Below, piece by piece: positions 20,761 through 29,674 of a DNA stretch of 64,000 nucleotides (its first letter is position 1; each line of letters starts with the position of its first letter). The position numbers and the translations under genes were made by a program. The stretch is from a phage, in the NCBI GenBank assembly GCA_037431425.1, contig GCA_037431425.1_4129.1, one strand, 5' to 3'. The notes beneath the pieces were generated by a model. The model saw nothing but the letters and a program-made list of their open reading frames with translations, was not told the DNA's origin and made no database searches.

Positions 20761-21726
20761 GTGAAAAAACTTGATTTGAATACAATTGCAGATGAAGTTC
20801 TGGATGAATGCTTTGGTAATGAAGAAGTGAATACGCTGGATGCGTTAGAACCAGTTCAAGAAAAAGATAACATTGACGAGAAAAATAATGGTAATTTCAA
20901 GTTTAATATTAGTCTTAAGCGACCAGCAAATGTAACAAATGAAGATATTATTCGTGATATTCAAGCAGGTATTAACGTAAAGAAAAATACTGAACTATTA
21001 GTTCGTTATAATTACGGTTTGATTATTGATGTTGCAAGTAAATGCACGTGTTATATTCCATTTGAAGATAAGATTTCATATGGCATTGAGGGATTCATGC
21101 GAGCATTAAAAACATTTGACCTTAGTAAGAATGTAAAGTTCGCTACGTATGCATCGTCAAGTATCTATATGACTGTATACAATGAAAGCTCAGATGCTAA
21201 TCATCTGGTCCACTTCCCTCGTTACATGAGTGTTAATAAGATACAAGTGAAACGCTTCTGTCATAATTATGAGCGTCAGCATGGTTGTCGTCCTACACCT
21301 GAAATTATTTCTGAAGAGACTGGTATTGAAATCCAGCACGTTAAGAATTGTTTATTATTCCAAAGTGAATATACTTCACTGGATGCACCATTGGATGGTG
21401 TTTCTGATGGGACGATGAGTGATATTCTGCATTCATCTGAAGGTGATTATAATCTTAATGTTGACAGTATTCGTGCACCGTTGCGTTATACCATCAACGA
21501 ACTAACTAATGAGTTGAGTGCTAAGGAATGTGAGATTATTCAACGTGTTCATGGATTAGGTGAATTTAATCCTGAAACACTACGTGAAATTGCTGATAGT
21601 GGTTTTATTGATGACAATGGTAAGTGTGTAAAATCCAGATCTTCGGTTCATCGTAAATACAGTGATGCTCTTAAGAAACTCAAGAAATTAGTGCTCGCTA
21701 AAGGGTACGAATACGAAGATTTCTAA
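20761..21726 (+). CDS. sigma-70 family RNA polymerase sigma factor, 321 aa
   Basis: GTG start with GGAGA SD; region 2 (YGIEGFMRALKTFDLSKNVKFATYASSSIYMTV), region 3 and region 4 (TLREIAD..VHRKYSDALKKLK) recognisable. Confidence 0.8.
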   Translation: MKKLDLNTIADEVLDECFGNEEVNTLDALEPVQEKDNIDEKNNGNFKFNISLKRPANVTNEDIIRDIQAGINVKKNTELLVRYNYGLIIDVASKCTCYIPFEDKISYGIEGFMRALKTFDLSKNVKFATYASSSIYMTVYNESSDANHLVHFPRYMSVNKIQVKRFCHNYERQHGCRPTPEIISEETGIEIQHVKNCLLFQSEYTSLDAPLDGVSDGTMSDILHSSEGDYNLNVDSIRAPLRYTINELTNELSAKECEIIQRVHGLGEFNPETLREIADSGFIDDNGKCVKSRSSVHRKYSDALKKLKKLVLAKGYEYEDF

Positions 21727-21731
21727 ATTGT

Positions 21732-21758
21732 AAAGGTTGGCATATGCCAACCTTTTTT
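21732..21758 (+). terminator. rho-independent terminator
   Basis: GGTTGGCA-TA-TGCCAACC plus T6. Confidence 0.8.
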
Positions 21759-21761
21759 ATT

Positions 21762-21789
21762 GGGACACAGAATAAATATATGATATAAT
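21762..21789 (+). promoter_or_regulatory. promoter GGGACA-N16-TATAAT (same architecture as tRNA promoter at 6115)
   Basis: read directly; ..TGATATAAT as at 6131-6142. Confidence 0.5.
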
Positions 21790-21795
21790 AATTAT

Positions 21796-22248
21796 GTACA
21801 ATCCTGTTGAATGCAGAAATGCATATAAATTAGAACCTGATCCTATCGAAAACGTAGATGGCAGATGAGCAGTTCAGCAGTGCGATGAGCAGAAGAAACC
21901 CGTCAGAAGTGGGCATAGTTTGAACCCCTCACGGCAATGCGGCTCAATAAAGAACTCCGATAAGCATACAGAGAGTTCCTAGATAGACATATAAGGAATC
22001 ACACCTTACCAGATTTGCTAAGGGAGTCTTGAAATAAGACAGCTTGAGCTTTGATTGTATAGAGTTTCAAGTGAGTGCTGGGATGAAAAGACCAGTGACC
22101 GTTGCATATGACCGTGATAGGGAGAAACAGAGCAACCCGCTTCCGTTTGTGATTGATCATTTTAACAATATAGATCCGTCCAAAATTCACGATACAATAA
22201 TATCCGATGCCATCAGCGTCAAGAAGAGACTTAATTGTCTCTTTTTTA
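21796..22248 (+). ncRNA. candidate large structured RNA of about 450 nt, class unknown
   Basis: promoter-to-terminator unit (AGAGAC-TTAATT-GTCTCT plus T6 at 22225-22248); higher GC than flanks; only two mutually antisense, alt-start, SD-less ORFs. Confidence 0.4.
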
Positions 22249-22314
22249 TTACTTTCATTCCCCTGTGGGGGGATGAAATAGTCCTCAACAAATCCCGTCA
22301 AGTATTAAAAGTCC

Positions 22315-22343
22315 TAGACAGTTATGAAACATTCGCGTATAAT
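22315..22343 (+). promoter_or_regulatory. promoter TAGACA-N17-TATAAT
   Basis: read directly upstream of gene 22408. Confidence 0.5.
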
Positions 22344-22407
22344 ACGTAGTATTAGAAGCGAACAGACATCTCGAAGAGATGGATGATTAACTATTAAGGA
22401 ATATCCA

Positions 22408-22617
22408 ATGAATTCAATCATATTTTTAGTAGTAGCTTTCTCTGTTAATTCCGGTGTACAAATAACCCCAATGAATTCCATGAATCAATGTATAGCAGTT
22501 CGTGATAGTACATACGAACAAGTAAACAAAAATATTAGAATGACAGTTAGTAAAGAACAAATGTGGTGTTACAATAGTAATACTAACGCAAAGCTTATTG
22601 TAGGACAAACTCAATGA
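22408..22617 (+). CDS. small secreted protein, 69 aa
   Basis: AAGGA SD; signal-like N-terminus. Confidence 0.6.
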   Translation: MNSIIFLVVAFSVNSGVQITPMNSMNQCIAVRDSTYEQVNKNIRMTVSKEQMWCYNSNTNAKLIVGQTQ

Positions 22618-22844
22618 GTTATGGTGTTCGTTTTGAGATTCGCTCTATTGTTATTAATGATGATAAGAAAGCATCGTTAGATAGTGATATACGTGAAATT
22701 TATCTATCATGTATCCGTGCAAAATCTGAAGCAGATGCATTAGCACAAATGTATAGTTTTAACTTTTCAAACGGATTTAATTTGGAACGAGTTATTGAAG
22801 TGAAAAAAGTACTTATAGGTTGTAGCATAGAAGGAATCATGTAA
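22614..22844 (+). CDS. hypothetical protein, 76 aa
   Basis: ATGA coupling. Confidence 0.65.
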   Translation: MSYGVRFEIRSIVINDDKKASLDSDIREIYLSCIRAKSEADALAQMYSFNFSNGFNLERVIEVKKVLIGCSIEGIM

Positions 22845-22845
22845 A

Positions 22846-23634
22846 ATGTGCACTATAGATGAACTGATTCGACGGAATTCAAAATATTACAAACCATCAG
22901 AAATTGTAGATAACATTACTAAATCAGAGTTCGGACCAAATACACGAAAACTAATTCATGTAATGTTACGTGATGGCTTTAAATGTGATTGTTGTGGTGA
23001 ATCCAATGTGGTATTCACTTTACATAAGCACAGTACTAAAGAACGTTATAAATTCAGACCTTATGTACTTAAAGGGAAACGCCTTGTACGCATGACGTTA
23101 GACCATAATGTACTGGACTGTCTTCAGGGCGGTAATGATAAAGAAAACATGACTGCACTGTGTGAGGATTGCAATGCATTACGCCAGCATAAATTTGCTG
23201 AGTACAGCGAGTTTAAGTTCTGGTATCATAATGCAGATCGTTCTATTGAACCTGACGTTAACTACTGCTTTATCGAGTACATTAAGAATGCAAAAGATAC
23301 ATACATTCTTAAATCTATGGAACCAATTACCGTGTTTCCAATGAACCTATACACTACATTAAAGAATAGTTTTATGGTAGGTGATATTGATGCATTCAAG
23401 TATTTTGACAAAGGTGCAAAACATTTTGAAGTTCAATGTCTTAGTACTGCACTATGTGAACTTATTAAAATTTACATAAAAGATTATTTGGGTATTGACA
23501 ATGTACGCGTACCAGAGTATACTTTTTCTATTGATTTCGATTGTGAATCAATCAAAGAGTTTGGGATTCTTTTCAATAAACAAATAGAACTTGCAATTCA
23601 AAACGAAATCAAGTACTATAATACTAACATTTAA
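22846..23634 (+). CDS. HNH endonuclease domain protein, 262 aa
   Basis: CDCCGES..LDHNVLDCLQGGNDKENMTALCEDCNALRQHKF is an HNH/His-Me finger with Cys pairs. Confidence 0.7.
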   Translation: MCTIDELIRRNSKYYKPSEIVDNITKSEFGPNTRKLIHVMLRDGFKCDCCGESNVVFTLHKHSTKERYKFRPYVLKGKRLVRMTLDHNVLDCLQGGNDKENMTALCEDCNALRQHKFAEYSEFKFWYHNADRSIEPDVNYCFIEYIKNAKDTYILKSMEPITVFPMNLYTTLKNSFMVGDIDAFKYFDKGAKHFEVQCLSTALCELIKIYIKDYLGIDNVRVPEYTFSIDFDCESIKEFGILFNKQIELAIQNEIKYYNTNI

Positions 23635-23649
23635 TCAGAGGAAATTATT

Positions 23650-23832
23650 ATGCAAATCATCATTCTTATCGTAGGTATCATTCTTGGTGTATATGGTCAC
23701 TCCTGGATGAACGAGAAGTTCCCTAATACCCGTCCTGAGTATTGCAGTACGAATGTATACCAGAATGGTGAGAAACCAAAGGAAAGTATTGGTAAAAAGC
23801 TGGACAAAGTACTTGACGTTATCAACGAATAA
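23650..23832 (+). CDS. membrane-anchored small protein, 60 aa
   Basis: AGAGGA SD; N-terminal TM. Confidence 0.6.
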   Translation: MQIIILIVGIILGVYGHSWMNEKFPNTRPEYCSTNVYQNGEKPKESIGKKLDKVLDVINE

Positions 23833-23841
23833 GGGTAAAGT

Positions 23842-24042
23842 ATGTTTAAATCAAATACAAATGTTGGTAAGAAGGTTAAATTACTTGAGGATGTATCCAC
23901 CTTGAGTGGAATTTTCCCAAGAGGTCACATCATGACTATTATTGCAGAAACATCCCGTGGGTGGGATTTGGAAGATGCTGATGGTAATCGCATCCTTGAG
24001 GCTGGATTCTATGGTCATCGTGAATATAAAATCATTGATTAA
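23842..24042 (+). CDS. hypothetical protein, 66 aa
   Basis: AAGGG SD. Confidence 0.6.
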   Translation: MFKSNTNVGKKVKLLEDVSTLSGIFPRGHIMTIIAETSRGWDLEDADGNRILEAGFYGHREYKIID

Positions 24043-24051
24043 GGATGTAAC

Positions 24052-24135
24052 ATGACTTTAGAGATTGTCTTTGGTATTGTTAGCTTAGTCGTCTGTGTGG
24101 GTTGGTTTGGGTATCTGATGATTTTTGGTGATTAA
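24052..24135 (+). CDS. possible 27-aa single-TM peptide
   Basis: hand-translated MTLEIVFGIVSLVVCVGWFGYLMIFGD; AAGGA SD. Confidence 0.4.
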   Translation: MTLEIVFGIVSLVVCVGWFGYLMIFGD

Positions 24136-24138
24136 TAC

Positions 24139-24166
24139 TTGACATAAGATATCAGTACTGTATAAT
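24139..24166 (+). promoter_or_regulatory. promoter TTGACA-N16-TATAAT with AGTACT in spacer
   Basis: read directly; followed by a structured 90-nt leader. Confidence 0.7.
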
Positions 24167-24259
24167 GTTTATATCAAAGGGAATGCAGTGAAAGGAAAGA
24201 CAGCATAATCGTACTCGTCACTGTGTTCCTTTACTTTTAAATTAAATGAGGAATTAACT

Positions 24260-24568
24260 ATGTTTCAAACTAACACTCAAGGTTTTGTAATCATTGATTT
24301 GAATCAAAACAGCGGTAATTGGATGAAACCTACTGACGCATGTATGCAGTTTGATTTCTTAGGTTACAGAATTAGTGTAAGCACTGGTGCTTCTGTACTG
24401 AGGGGTGGTTGTATTGTTGAACATCTGGTAACTGATCCAGAAGGTCGTGAGTATGAAATCGCAGGTTCAGTACAAGATGCCATTATGTTTGTATGTCAGC
24501 GTGAAATGAATGGTTCGAATTCAAATGCACTGACTCATGCTCTTTCTCAAGAAGTGGAGATTCGTTAA
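24260..24568 (+). CDS. hypothetical protein, 102 aa
   Basis: GAGGA SD. Confidence 0.75.
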   Translation: MFQTNTQGFVIIDLNQNSGNWMKPTDACMQFDFLGYRISVSTGASVLRGGCIVEHLVTDPEGREYEIAGSVQDAIMFVCQREMNGSNSNALTHALSQEVEIR

Positions 24569-24819
24569 TGAAATACATTGTAGCAGTACTCGTCGCATTT
24601 TTACTCACTGCATGTGATGCTTCAACCAAAGAACGCACAAGTGATTTTATTCTCCCGACTGAATTAAAAGAAGCCGGATGTAAGATTTATCGTATGCAAA
24701 AGGACGGTGCTGATGTAACCTTGTATACAGTTTATTGCCCTAATGCAAATACCAGTACTGGATACACTAGCGGTAAAACACGAGTCAATACTTCAGTGAT
24801 TAATGGAGTACAACAATGA
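24568..24819 (+). CDS. lipoprotein, 83 aa
   Basis: signal plus lipobox LLTAC. Confidence 0.75.
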   Translation: MKYIVAVLVAFLLTACDASTKERTSDFILPTELKEAGCKIYRMQKDGADVTLYTVYCPNANTSTGYTSGKTRVNTSVINGVQQ

Positions 24820-25184
24820 GCCTTGATACAACCCGTGCAACAGATTTATTAACTCGTCTGAATGATGAAGAATATCTTGCTGAAATAAAGTACAAGCTTG
24901 ACAAACTGGTTCGAAGTGCTGAAGTAATTGAAGTTGAAGGTCACTTACCAATGGATCAATTCCATACGTTCAACGAAGAGATGGTTTATTATCCTAATGA
25001 AATTTGGATTGAGTGGCAACATTGGACTGGTAAAACACTACGTATTGAAGGGTATTGTGTGAAGTATGAACGTGATCCTGGTTATGTGACAAAAACTTTG
25101 TCAATTTGGTGTACAAAAACACATGAACTCGTTGAGGTGAATTTGAATTATATGAATGGCTTCCGTTGGGGTGATGTTAAATGA
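24816..25184 (+). CDS. hypothetical protein, 122 aa
   Basis: ATGA coupling. Confidence 0.75.
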   Translation: MSLDTTRATDLLTRLNDEEYLAEIKYKLDKLVRSAEVIEVEGHLPMDQFHTFNEEMVYYPNEIWIEWQHWTGKTLRIEGYCVKYERDPGYVTKTLSIWCTKTHELVEVNLNYMNGFRWGDVK

Positions 25185-25456
25185 TTAAAAAACTCTTGAC
25201 GGTGTTCTTTGTATTCAGTACAATGTTTCTTACAGCATGTAACGATGACGGCAGGTTAAGTGCAAAAGACTTAGCTCGATTAGATTGTGCATACACAGGT
25301 AAGTCTTTTATTAACGAGTATGAGGTATGCACACAATCAGGTCGTATCTGTGGTGGTTGGGAGAAACGTCAGGAGCGATTGTATGTATATGAATGTCCTG
25401 GACAACTCAACAAAGTACTAAGCACACAAAAACTTGTTTATGATAAGGTTGAATAA
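25181..25456 (+). CDS. lipoprotein, 91 aa
   Basis: signal plus lipobox FLTAC. Confidence 0.75.
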   Translation: MIKKLLTVFFVFSTMFLTACNDDGRLSAKDLARLDCAYTGKSFINEYEVCTQSGRICGGWEKRQERLYVYECPGQLNKVLSTQKLVYDKVE

Positions 25457-25671
25457 TGACTACTAATGAAATGATGCAGGTTATTTGGGATAAAGGTTGT
25501 GATATTAAAATCACTAGTACTGATGTTCGTGTATTCAAAACTGAATACCTGGAGTACTTGGACCTTGATACTTATAATAATATTGTATCAATTGAACATA
25601 AAGGTGCAGTACTTGAAACTATTGATGTGGTTCTGAAGAAAGCAACAGACCTATTAGGTGCGTCAGTGTGA
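25456..25671 (+). CDS. hypothetical protein, 71 aa
   Basis: TAATG coupling. Confidence 0.65.
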   Translation: MTTNEMMQVIWDKGCDIKITSTDVRVFKTEYLEYLDLDTYNNIVSIEHKGAVLETIDVVLKKATDLLGASV

Positions 25672-25814
25672 ATAATAAAGAGTGGGAAGAATACCGAAAA
25701 AAATGCCGAGAGTTTGATAAAGAACTAACTGGTACTATTAATGCAGTAATGGGTGTATCTGTTTTTATTGCAGTTGTGTCATTATTTGCTGTTATTATTA
25801 ATAAATTTTTATAG
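25668..25814 (+). CDS. possible tail-anchored membrane peptide, 48 aa
   Basis: GTG overlapping upstream stop (GTGTGA); C-terminal TM; hand-translated. Confidence 0.4.
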   Translation: MNNKEWEEYRKKCREFDKELTGTINAVMGVSVFIAVVSLFAVIINKFL

Positions 25815-25822
25815 GAACTCCC

Positions 25823-26020
25823 ATGTTTACTTTATATCTCGCAGTGGTTCTTACTAATGGTGAAATCACTCGTACTATTGGTGAAGGTGTATATAAAACG
25901 CCTGAGCAATGTTACTCTGCTACACATTGGCCTCGTGATAGTGATGATACTCGTACCGAATTTAAATGCATGAAAGTAAAAGGTGATTTTGTTAACCTTA
26001 AAGTTATTGAGGATAAATGA
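25823..26020 (+). CDS. hypothetical protein, 65 aa
   Basis: AGGAA SD. Confidence 0.6.
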   Translation: MFTLYLAVVLTNGEITRTIGEGVYKTPEQCYSATHWPRDSDDTRTEFKCMKVKGDFVNLKVIEDK

Positions 26021-26535
26021 TGAATATTAATGAGTTGTTAATATTATTGTTTAATCGTGGAAATGATGTAAGACGTACTATCTATCAAGACAAAATACAC
26101 ATTGAAACTGATAAATGTTATGGTAAAACAACTCATGAGATTTTAAAACCGAACGGTAAACGATATGCCGACGTATGTTTTCATGAAAGAAGTGATGGTA
26201 GTGACATAATCAGTACTGATATTGTGTTTTATGCTAGATCATCGGCAGAATCGTATGAAATCGAACTTGTATATTGCCCTAGTTCAAAAGCACACAATAA
26301 GCGTCAGATATTGTATGATGTTTATTCACCACCAGGTGTAGCTGAACATTTTGTTATCGATTACAGTACTGAAGAAAGTGTGTTTCAACAGAGTTTGATT
26401 CATAACTTCCAGTTGAACGATCCAAATGTACCAAAGATGTTCAAACTACTCGATGTAATTGATGTTGATTTTGAATTTGTTATGTGCATCAGAACTTCTT
26501 TAATCGATGAATTTATGGAATTACTTAATATATGA
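26017..26535 (+). CDS. EE-x-FQ motif family protein, 172 aa
   Basis: ATGA coupling; motif TEESVFQQSLI. Confidence 0.7.
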   Translation: MMNINELLILLFNRGNDVRRTIYQDKIHIETDKCYGKTTHEILKPNGKRYADVCFHERSDGSDIISTDIVFYARSSAESYEIELVYCPSSKAHNKRQILYDVYSPPGVAEHFVIDYSTEESVFQQSLIHNFQLNDPNVPKMFKLLDVIDVDFEFVMCIRTSLIDEFMELLNI

Positions 26536-26753
26536 ATCGTTACTACATTGTTTATGAGCATGTATCTGAGTTTAATAATATACGTGGATATAAGAAAGAA
26601 GTTCAGAAGATTGATGTATTTGTACATGCTTTTAATCCTACTCATGCACTAATGAAACTGTTTGATGAAGTAACTAAGTACAACACACCAAAAACACAAC
26701 GCTATGTTGGAACTGTACATAGTGTAATGCTTACTGAATATGATGGAGAATGA
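26532..26753 (+). CDS. hypothetical protein, 73 aa
   Basis: ATGA coupling. Confidence 0.65.
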   Translation: MNRYYIVYEHVSEFNNIRGYKKEVQKIDVFVHAFNPTHALMKLFDEVTKYNTPKTQRYVGTVHSVMLTEYDGE

Positions 26754-26756
26754 CAA

Positions 26757-26975
26757 ATGAATTTATATCTTGTTGAAGGGTCAGTGCAAGTGTGCACCGT
26801 AGATGGTGAAGGTTATCGCTTTTCACATGTAGAAGATTTTAAGTACGTTGTACATGCGGAAGGTCAGTATGACGCAGAAATTCAGGTTAAAGAATCATTC
26901 CGTAATAAGAATGCCATTGGAAAATTCAAATACCAGAACTTACAATTCATTGTATGGCCCAGCATTAATGACTAA
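26757..26975 (+). CDS. hypothetical protein, 72 aa
   Basis: starts 4 nt after upstream stop. Confidence 0.65.
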   Translation: MNLYLVEGSVQVCTVDGEGYRFSHVEDFKYVVHAEGQYDAEIQVKESFRNKNAIGKFKYQNLQFIVWPSIND

Positions 26976-27183
26976 GATGTGGTGGTGTCATGGTGTCTAC
27001 AATGTCTATGAATATGGTAGATTCAAAATGAGCAGTACATATGCCAGACGTGTAAATGCGAAAAACCAAGTTGATGCTGCTTGTGAGATTGTAGAGTGGT
27101 ATGCAGAGTTCAATGCAATTGAATATATGTACGAAATAGTCACAATAAATGTTGTACAAATTGACACTTCTTTGATACAATAA
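26968..27183 (+). CDS. hypothetical protein, 71 aa
   Basis: track ORF 26848 trimmed to ATG 26968, which overlaps the upstream stop. Confidence 0.55.
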   Translation: MTKMWWCHGVYNVYEYGRFKMSSTYARRVNAKNQVDAACEIVEWYAEFNAIEYMYEIVTINVVQIDTSLIQ

Positions 27184-27214
27184 CTTTATCAAAACAACTT
27201 CATCTGAGGATTTT

Positions 27215-27877
27215 ATGTTAGTAAATCTCAACTTTATCACTTCTCCTGATTGGGCATTGCGTGGTGTTTCTTTGAACTTTAAAGAAACTCATTTTGAACA
27301 CATTGGTGATTGTACTTTAGTTAATGCTACATTTGATCCACATCATCCTTTTTGGGCTAAAATTCACGATCCAAATGTAAACAATAGTACATCAGTCATG
27401 ACTATTGTTCAAACGAAACATCCTGGTATTCTTGCAGGCTACCGTCCTGAACATGCAATTGAACACTTCACTGATTACGATGTGGTTGATGAATATCCAA
27501 TGATCCATAAAGATGGAAGTTTATACACATCTGAAGACGTTCGTGCTATCTTTAATAGTACTGATGATATTCTACCAAGTGGACGAGCACGTCCTAAGTC
27601 TTATCTTATGCATTCATCTTATGGTGTAGCAGACACACTTGAGCAGATTATGAAGAAGTTCAAGAACCTAATTGAAGGTCCAGAAGAAATTGTTTTATGC
27701 TATCATCCAGTACTGAAATCTGACCAACCAGAGAGTGGTGGGTGGCGTTGGCATAAGAATGGTGAGTACATCGGAACTAAGCGTAGTAAAGAACGCTTTG
27801 AGTACTTGTATGATGAGCCAGATGTTGATGTTGTTTTGTGTTATAATTTTCTTAAGGTGAAAAAGAAATGTATCTAG
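27215..27877 (+). CDS. hypothetical protein, 220 aa
   Basis: GAGGA SD; long ORF. Confidence 0.8.
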   Translation: MLVNLNFITSPDWALRGVSLNFKETHFEHIGDCTLVNATFDPHHPFWAKIHDPNVNNSTSVMTIVQTKHPGILAGYRPEHAIEHFTDYDVVDEYPMIHKDGSLYTSEDVRAIFNSTDDILPSGRARPKSYLMHSSYGVADTLEQIMKKFKNLIEGPEEIVLCYHPVLKSDQPESGGWRWHKNGEYIGTKRSKERFEYLYDEPDVDVVLCYNFLKVKKKCI

Positions 27878-28110
27878 TATTGAATTTTGTAGTTGTGTTT
27901 TTGTTTATGTTATATCCTACACTTGTAGCATTAGCCACTAAACGAACATGGACACACATTATTACTGTTTTCTTTCTTAACGTTGTTCTTGTATTTGTGT
28001 CTATTATTATTCCAATAAGCTTTACATATACTGACATTGTATTTGTATTACTCTTTGTGTTCAGTTATCTTATGCTCATTGATGAAAATAATATTGACAA
28101 ACGTTCTTAG
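27868..28110 (+). CDS. membrane protein, 80 aa
   Basis: hydrophobic throughout. Confidence 0.65.
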   Translation: MYLVLNFVVVFLFMLYPTLVALATKRTWTHIITVFFLNVVLVFVSIIIPISFTYTDIVFVLLFVFSYLMLIDENNIDKRS

Positions 28111-28121
28111 AACTGTATAAT
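28094..28121 (+). promoter_or_regulatory. promoter TTGACA-N16-TATAAT (spacer AGAACT variant)
   Basis: read directly. Confidence 0.6.
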
Positions 28122-28164
28122 AGTTACTGTAGTTTAAAAACACTTTATTTTGAGGATATGAAAT

Positions 28165-28485
28165 ATGTTATCAGTATTGTTTTCGATTCCATCCCTAGTT
28201 CTGATTTGGCTTATTGTTTACGAATTCTTTATCACTGATGTTAATGATAAAAAAGAGTTTGTACAGTTGTTTCTGCTAGATTCACCGATTGTCCGAATTT
28301 ATTATACTATCGTTTGTGTTTCAGTACTTGTATGGATTGTGAGTTTTATTTTTCCATTGGGATCATTAGTATATACATTGAATTTTATGGAAAATGTAGT
28401 GGCTATTCTATGGCTAATTGCAGCATGGTATGCAGGTAATGTTAGTATTTGGATTGATATTTTAAAATCTAAATTCACAAAATAA
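28165..28485 (+). CDS. polytopic membrane protein, 106 aa
   Basis: GAGGA SD; 3 hydrophobic helices. Confidence 0.7.
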   Translation: MLSVLFSIPSLVLIWLIVYEFFITDVNDKKEFVQLFLLDSPIVRIYYTIVCVSVLVWIVSFIFPLGSLVYTLNFMENVVAILWLIAAWYAGNVSIWIDILKSKFTK

Positions 28486-28568
28486 TATTTAATAGTAAAA
28501 AAATACCCCTATGATATTAAATACTTGTATACTATATGTACAAATGTATTTTTCTATAGGGGTTTGTT

Positions 28569-28928
28569 ATGGGTAGATATATAAAATTAATAGCATTTGC
28601 TTGCTTATTATTTTCATGTTTTAGTTATGGTTCGTCATCTGTAACACAATGTCGTAGTTCGAATGGAACTATATATTCATTGACAAACGATCCGAATAAT
28701 GGTAAAAACATTGTTATCAATGGTGTAACTTATCGTGTTAAAGCTCAGAGTACCATCGGTAATAAAAAGATAACGACTTATGTAAATGATTCTGGAACAA
28801 TTGCGAATGTTATATTAATCGTTAACCCAATAACAGGTAATGGTGATATCTATATTGTGATTTATTTGGATACAGCATTACAACGAGAACTAAATTTGGA
28901 TGAATTAAATCTGCACTGCAAAATATAG
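28569..28928 (+). CDS. lipoprotein/secreted protein, 119 aa
   Basis: signal plus LFSC lipobox-like; paralogue of 29319. Confidence 0.7.
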   Translation: MGRYIKLIAFACLLFSCFSYGSSSVTQCRSSNGTIYSLTNDPNNGKNIVINGVTYRVKAQSTIGNKKITTYVNDSGTIANVILIVNPITGNGDIYIVIYLDTALQRELNLDELNLHCKI

Positions 28929-28938
28929 GATATAATAT

Positions 28939-29316
28939 ATGCTCAATTCTATTGTGATTTGGTTTTTAAGTATTCCAATTATTTTATCTTTTGTAATTTC
29001 TATTTGTATGATTTTATATTTTATTTTTGCTGGGGTGTATTTTATTTTTACAAACAAAGATATTTTTATTTCTAAACTTGATTCTATATTTGCTTGTGAG
29101 TCGTTAGCTTATAATTTGTGGATAATTTGTTCTTGTATCATGGGTATGGCATTCCTACTACACGAATTTAATGTCATTGATGATAATGTTGTATATATTA
29201 GTACTGGGTTAGCATTATATCCAGCTACATGGTACTTGATTTATGTTGTCGATATATGGTATAGTACTTACAAAGAATACCAGTGTAAAAAGTCATCAAA
29301 AGTTGAGAGGAAATGA
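28939..29316 (+). CDS. polytopic membrane protein, 125 aa
   Basis: hydrophobic helices. Confidence 0.7.
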   Translation: MLNSIVIWFLSIPIILSFVISICMILYFIFAGVYFIFTNKDIFISKLDSIFACESLAYNLWIICSCIMGMAFLLHEFNVIDDNVVYISTGLALYPATWYLIYVVDIWYSTYKEYQCKKSSKVERK

Positions 29317-29318
29317 TT

Positions 29319-29669
29319 ATGAAAATTATCTTGTTTTTTGTATCTATGTTAGTTTGTGGTTTAGTGTCAGCAGAACCGTTGGAAGGTGTTGTTTGTACAG
29401 ATGGAAATACCAAACACACATATCAAGGTGATAGCTATGACCGCGATATCGTTTATATTGATGGTCAACAATACAGCTTTGTTAAAGAACATACCATTGG
29501 TGACATTAGTTTTACTGAGTTCGCGAAAGATGAGAATCCGAAGGAATTGGCATTTATTGAAGTTGATTTGTATGAAGACAGTAATGGCTCTCAATATGCT
29601 AAACTTGTATTGATGCGTCGTGGTGCAAAAGAAACAAGTTTTGGTGGTTTATGTAAATACAAGGACTAA
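29319..29669 (+). CDS. lipoprotein/secreted protein, 116 aa
   Basis: signal MKIILFFVSMLVCG; shares ..(I/V)DG..Y..K..TIG.. pattern with 28569. Confidence 0.7.
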   Translation: MKIILFFVSMLVCGLVSAEPLEGVVCTDGNTKHTYQGDSYDRDIVYIDGQQYSFVKEHTIGDISFTEFAKDENPKELAFIEVDLYEDSNGSQYAKLVLMRRGAKETSFGGLCKYKD

Positions 29670-29674
29670 ATTTT

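Noticed and set aside
21840-21900. Hammerhead-like ribozyme core suggested by the duplicated GATGAGCAG ... GAAAC motif
   Set aside because: The conserved CUGAUGA box is not present (the sequence reads CGAUGAG or AGAUGAG). No flanking helices I/III with a GUC/GUH cleavage triplet could be drawn.
21999-22349. Two mutually antisense 100-aa ORFs (21999-22301 minus, 22044-22349 plus)
   Set aside because: The minus-strand ORF needs a TTG start with no SD and opposes the local transcription direction. The plus-strand ORF runs straight through a strong intrinsic terminator at 22225-22248. A decayed gene cannot be excluded.
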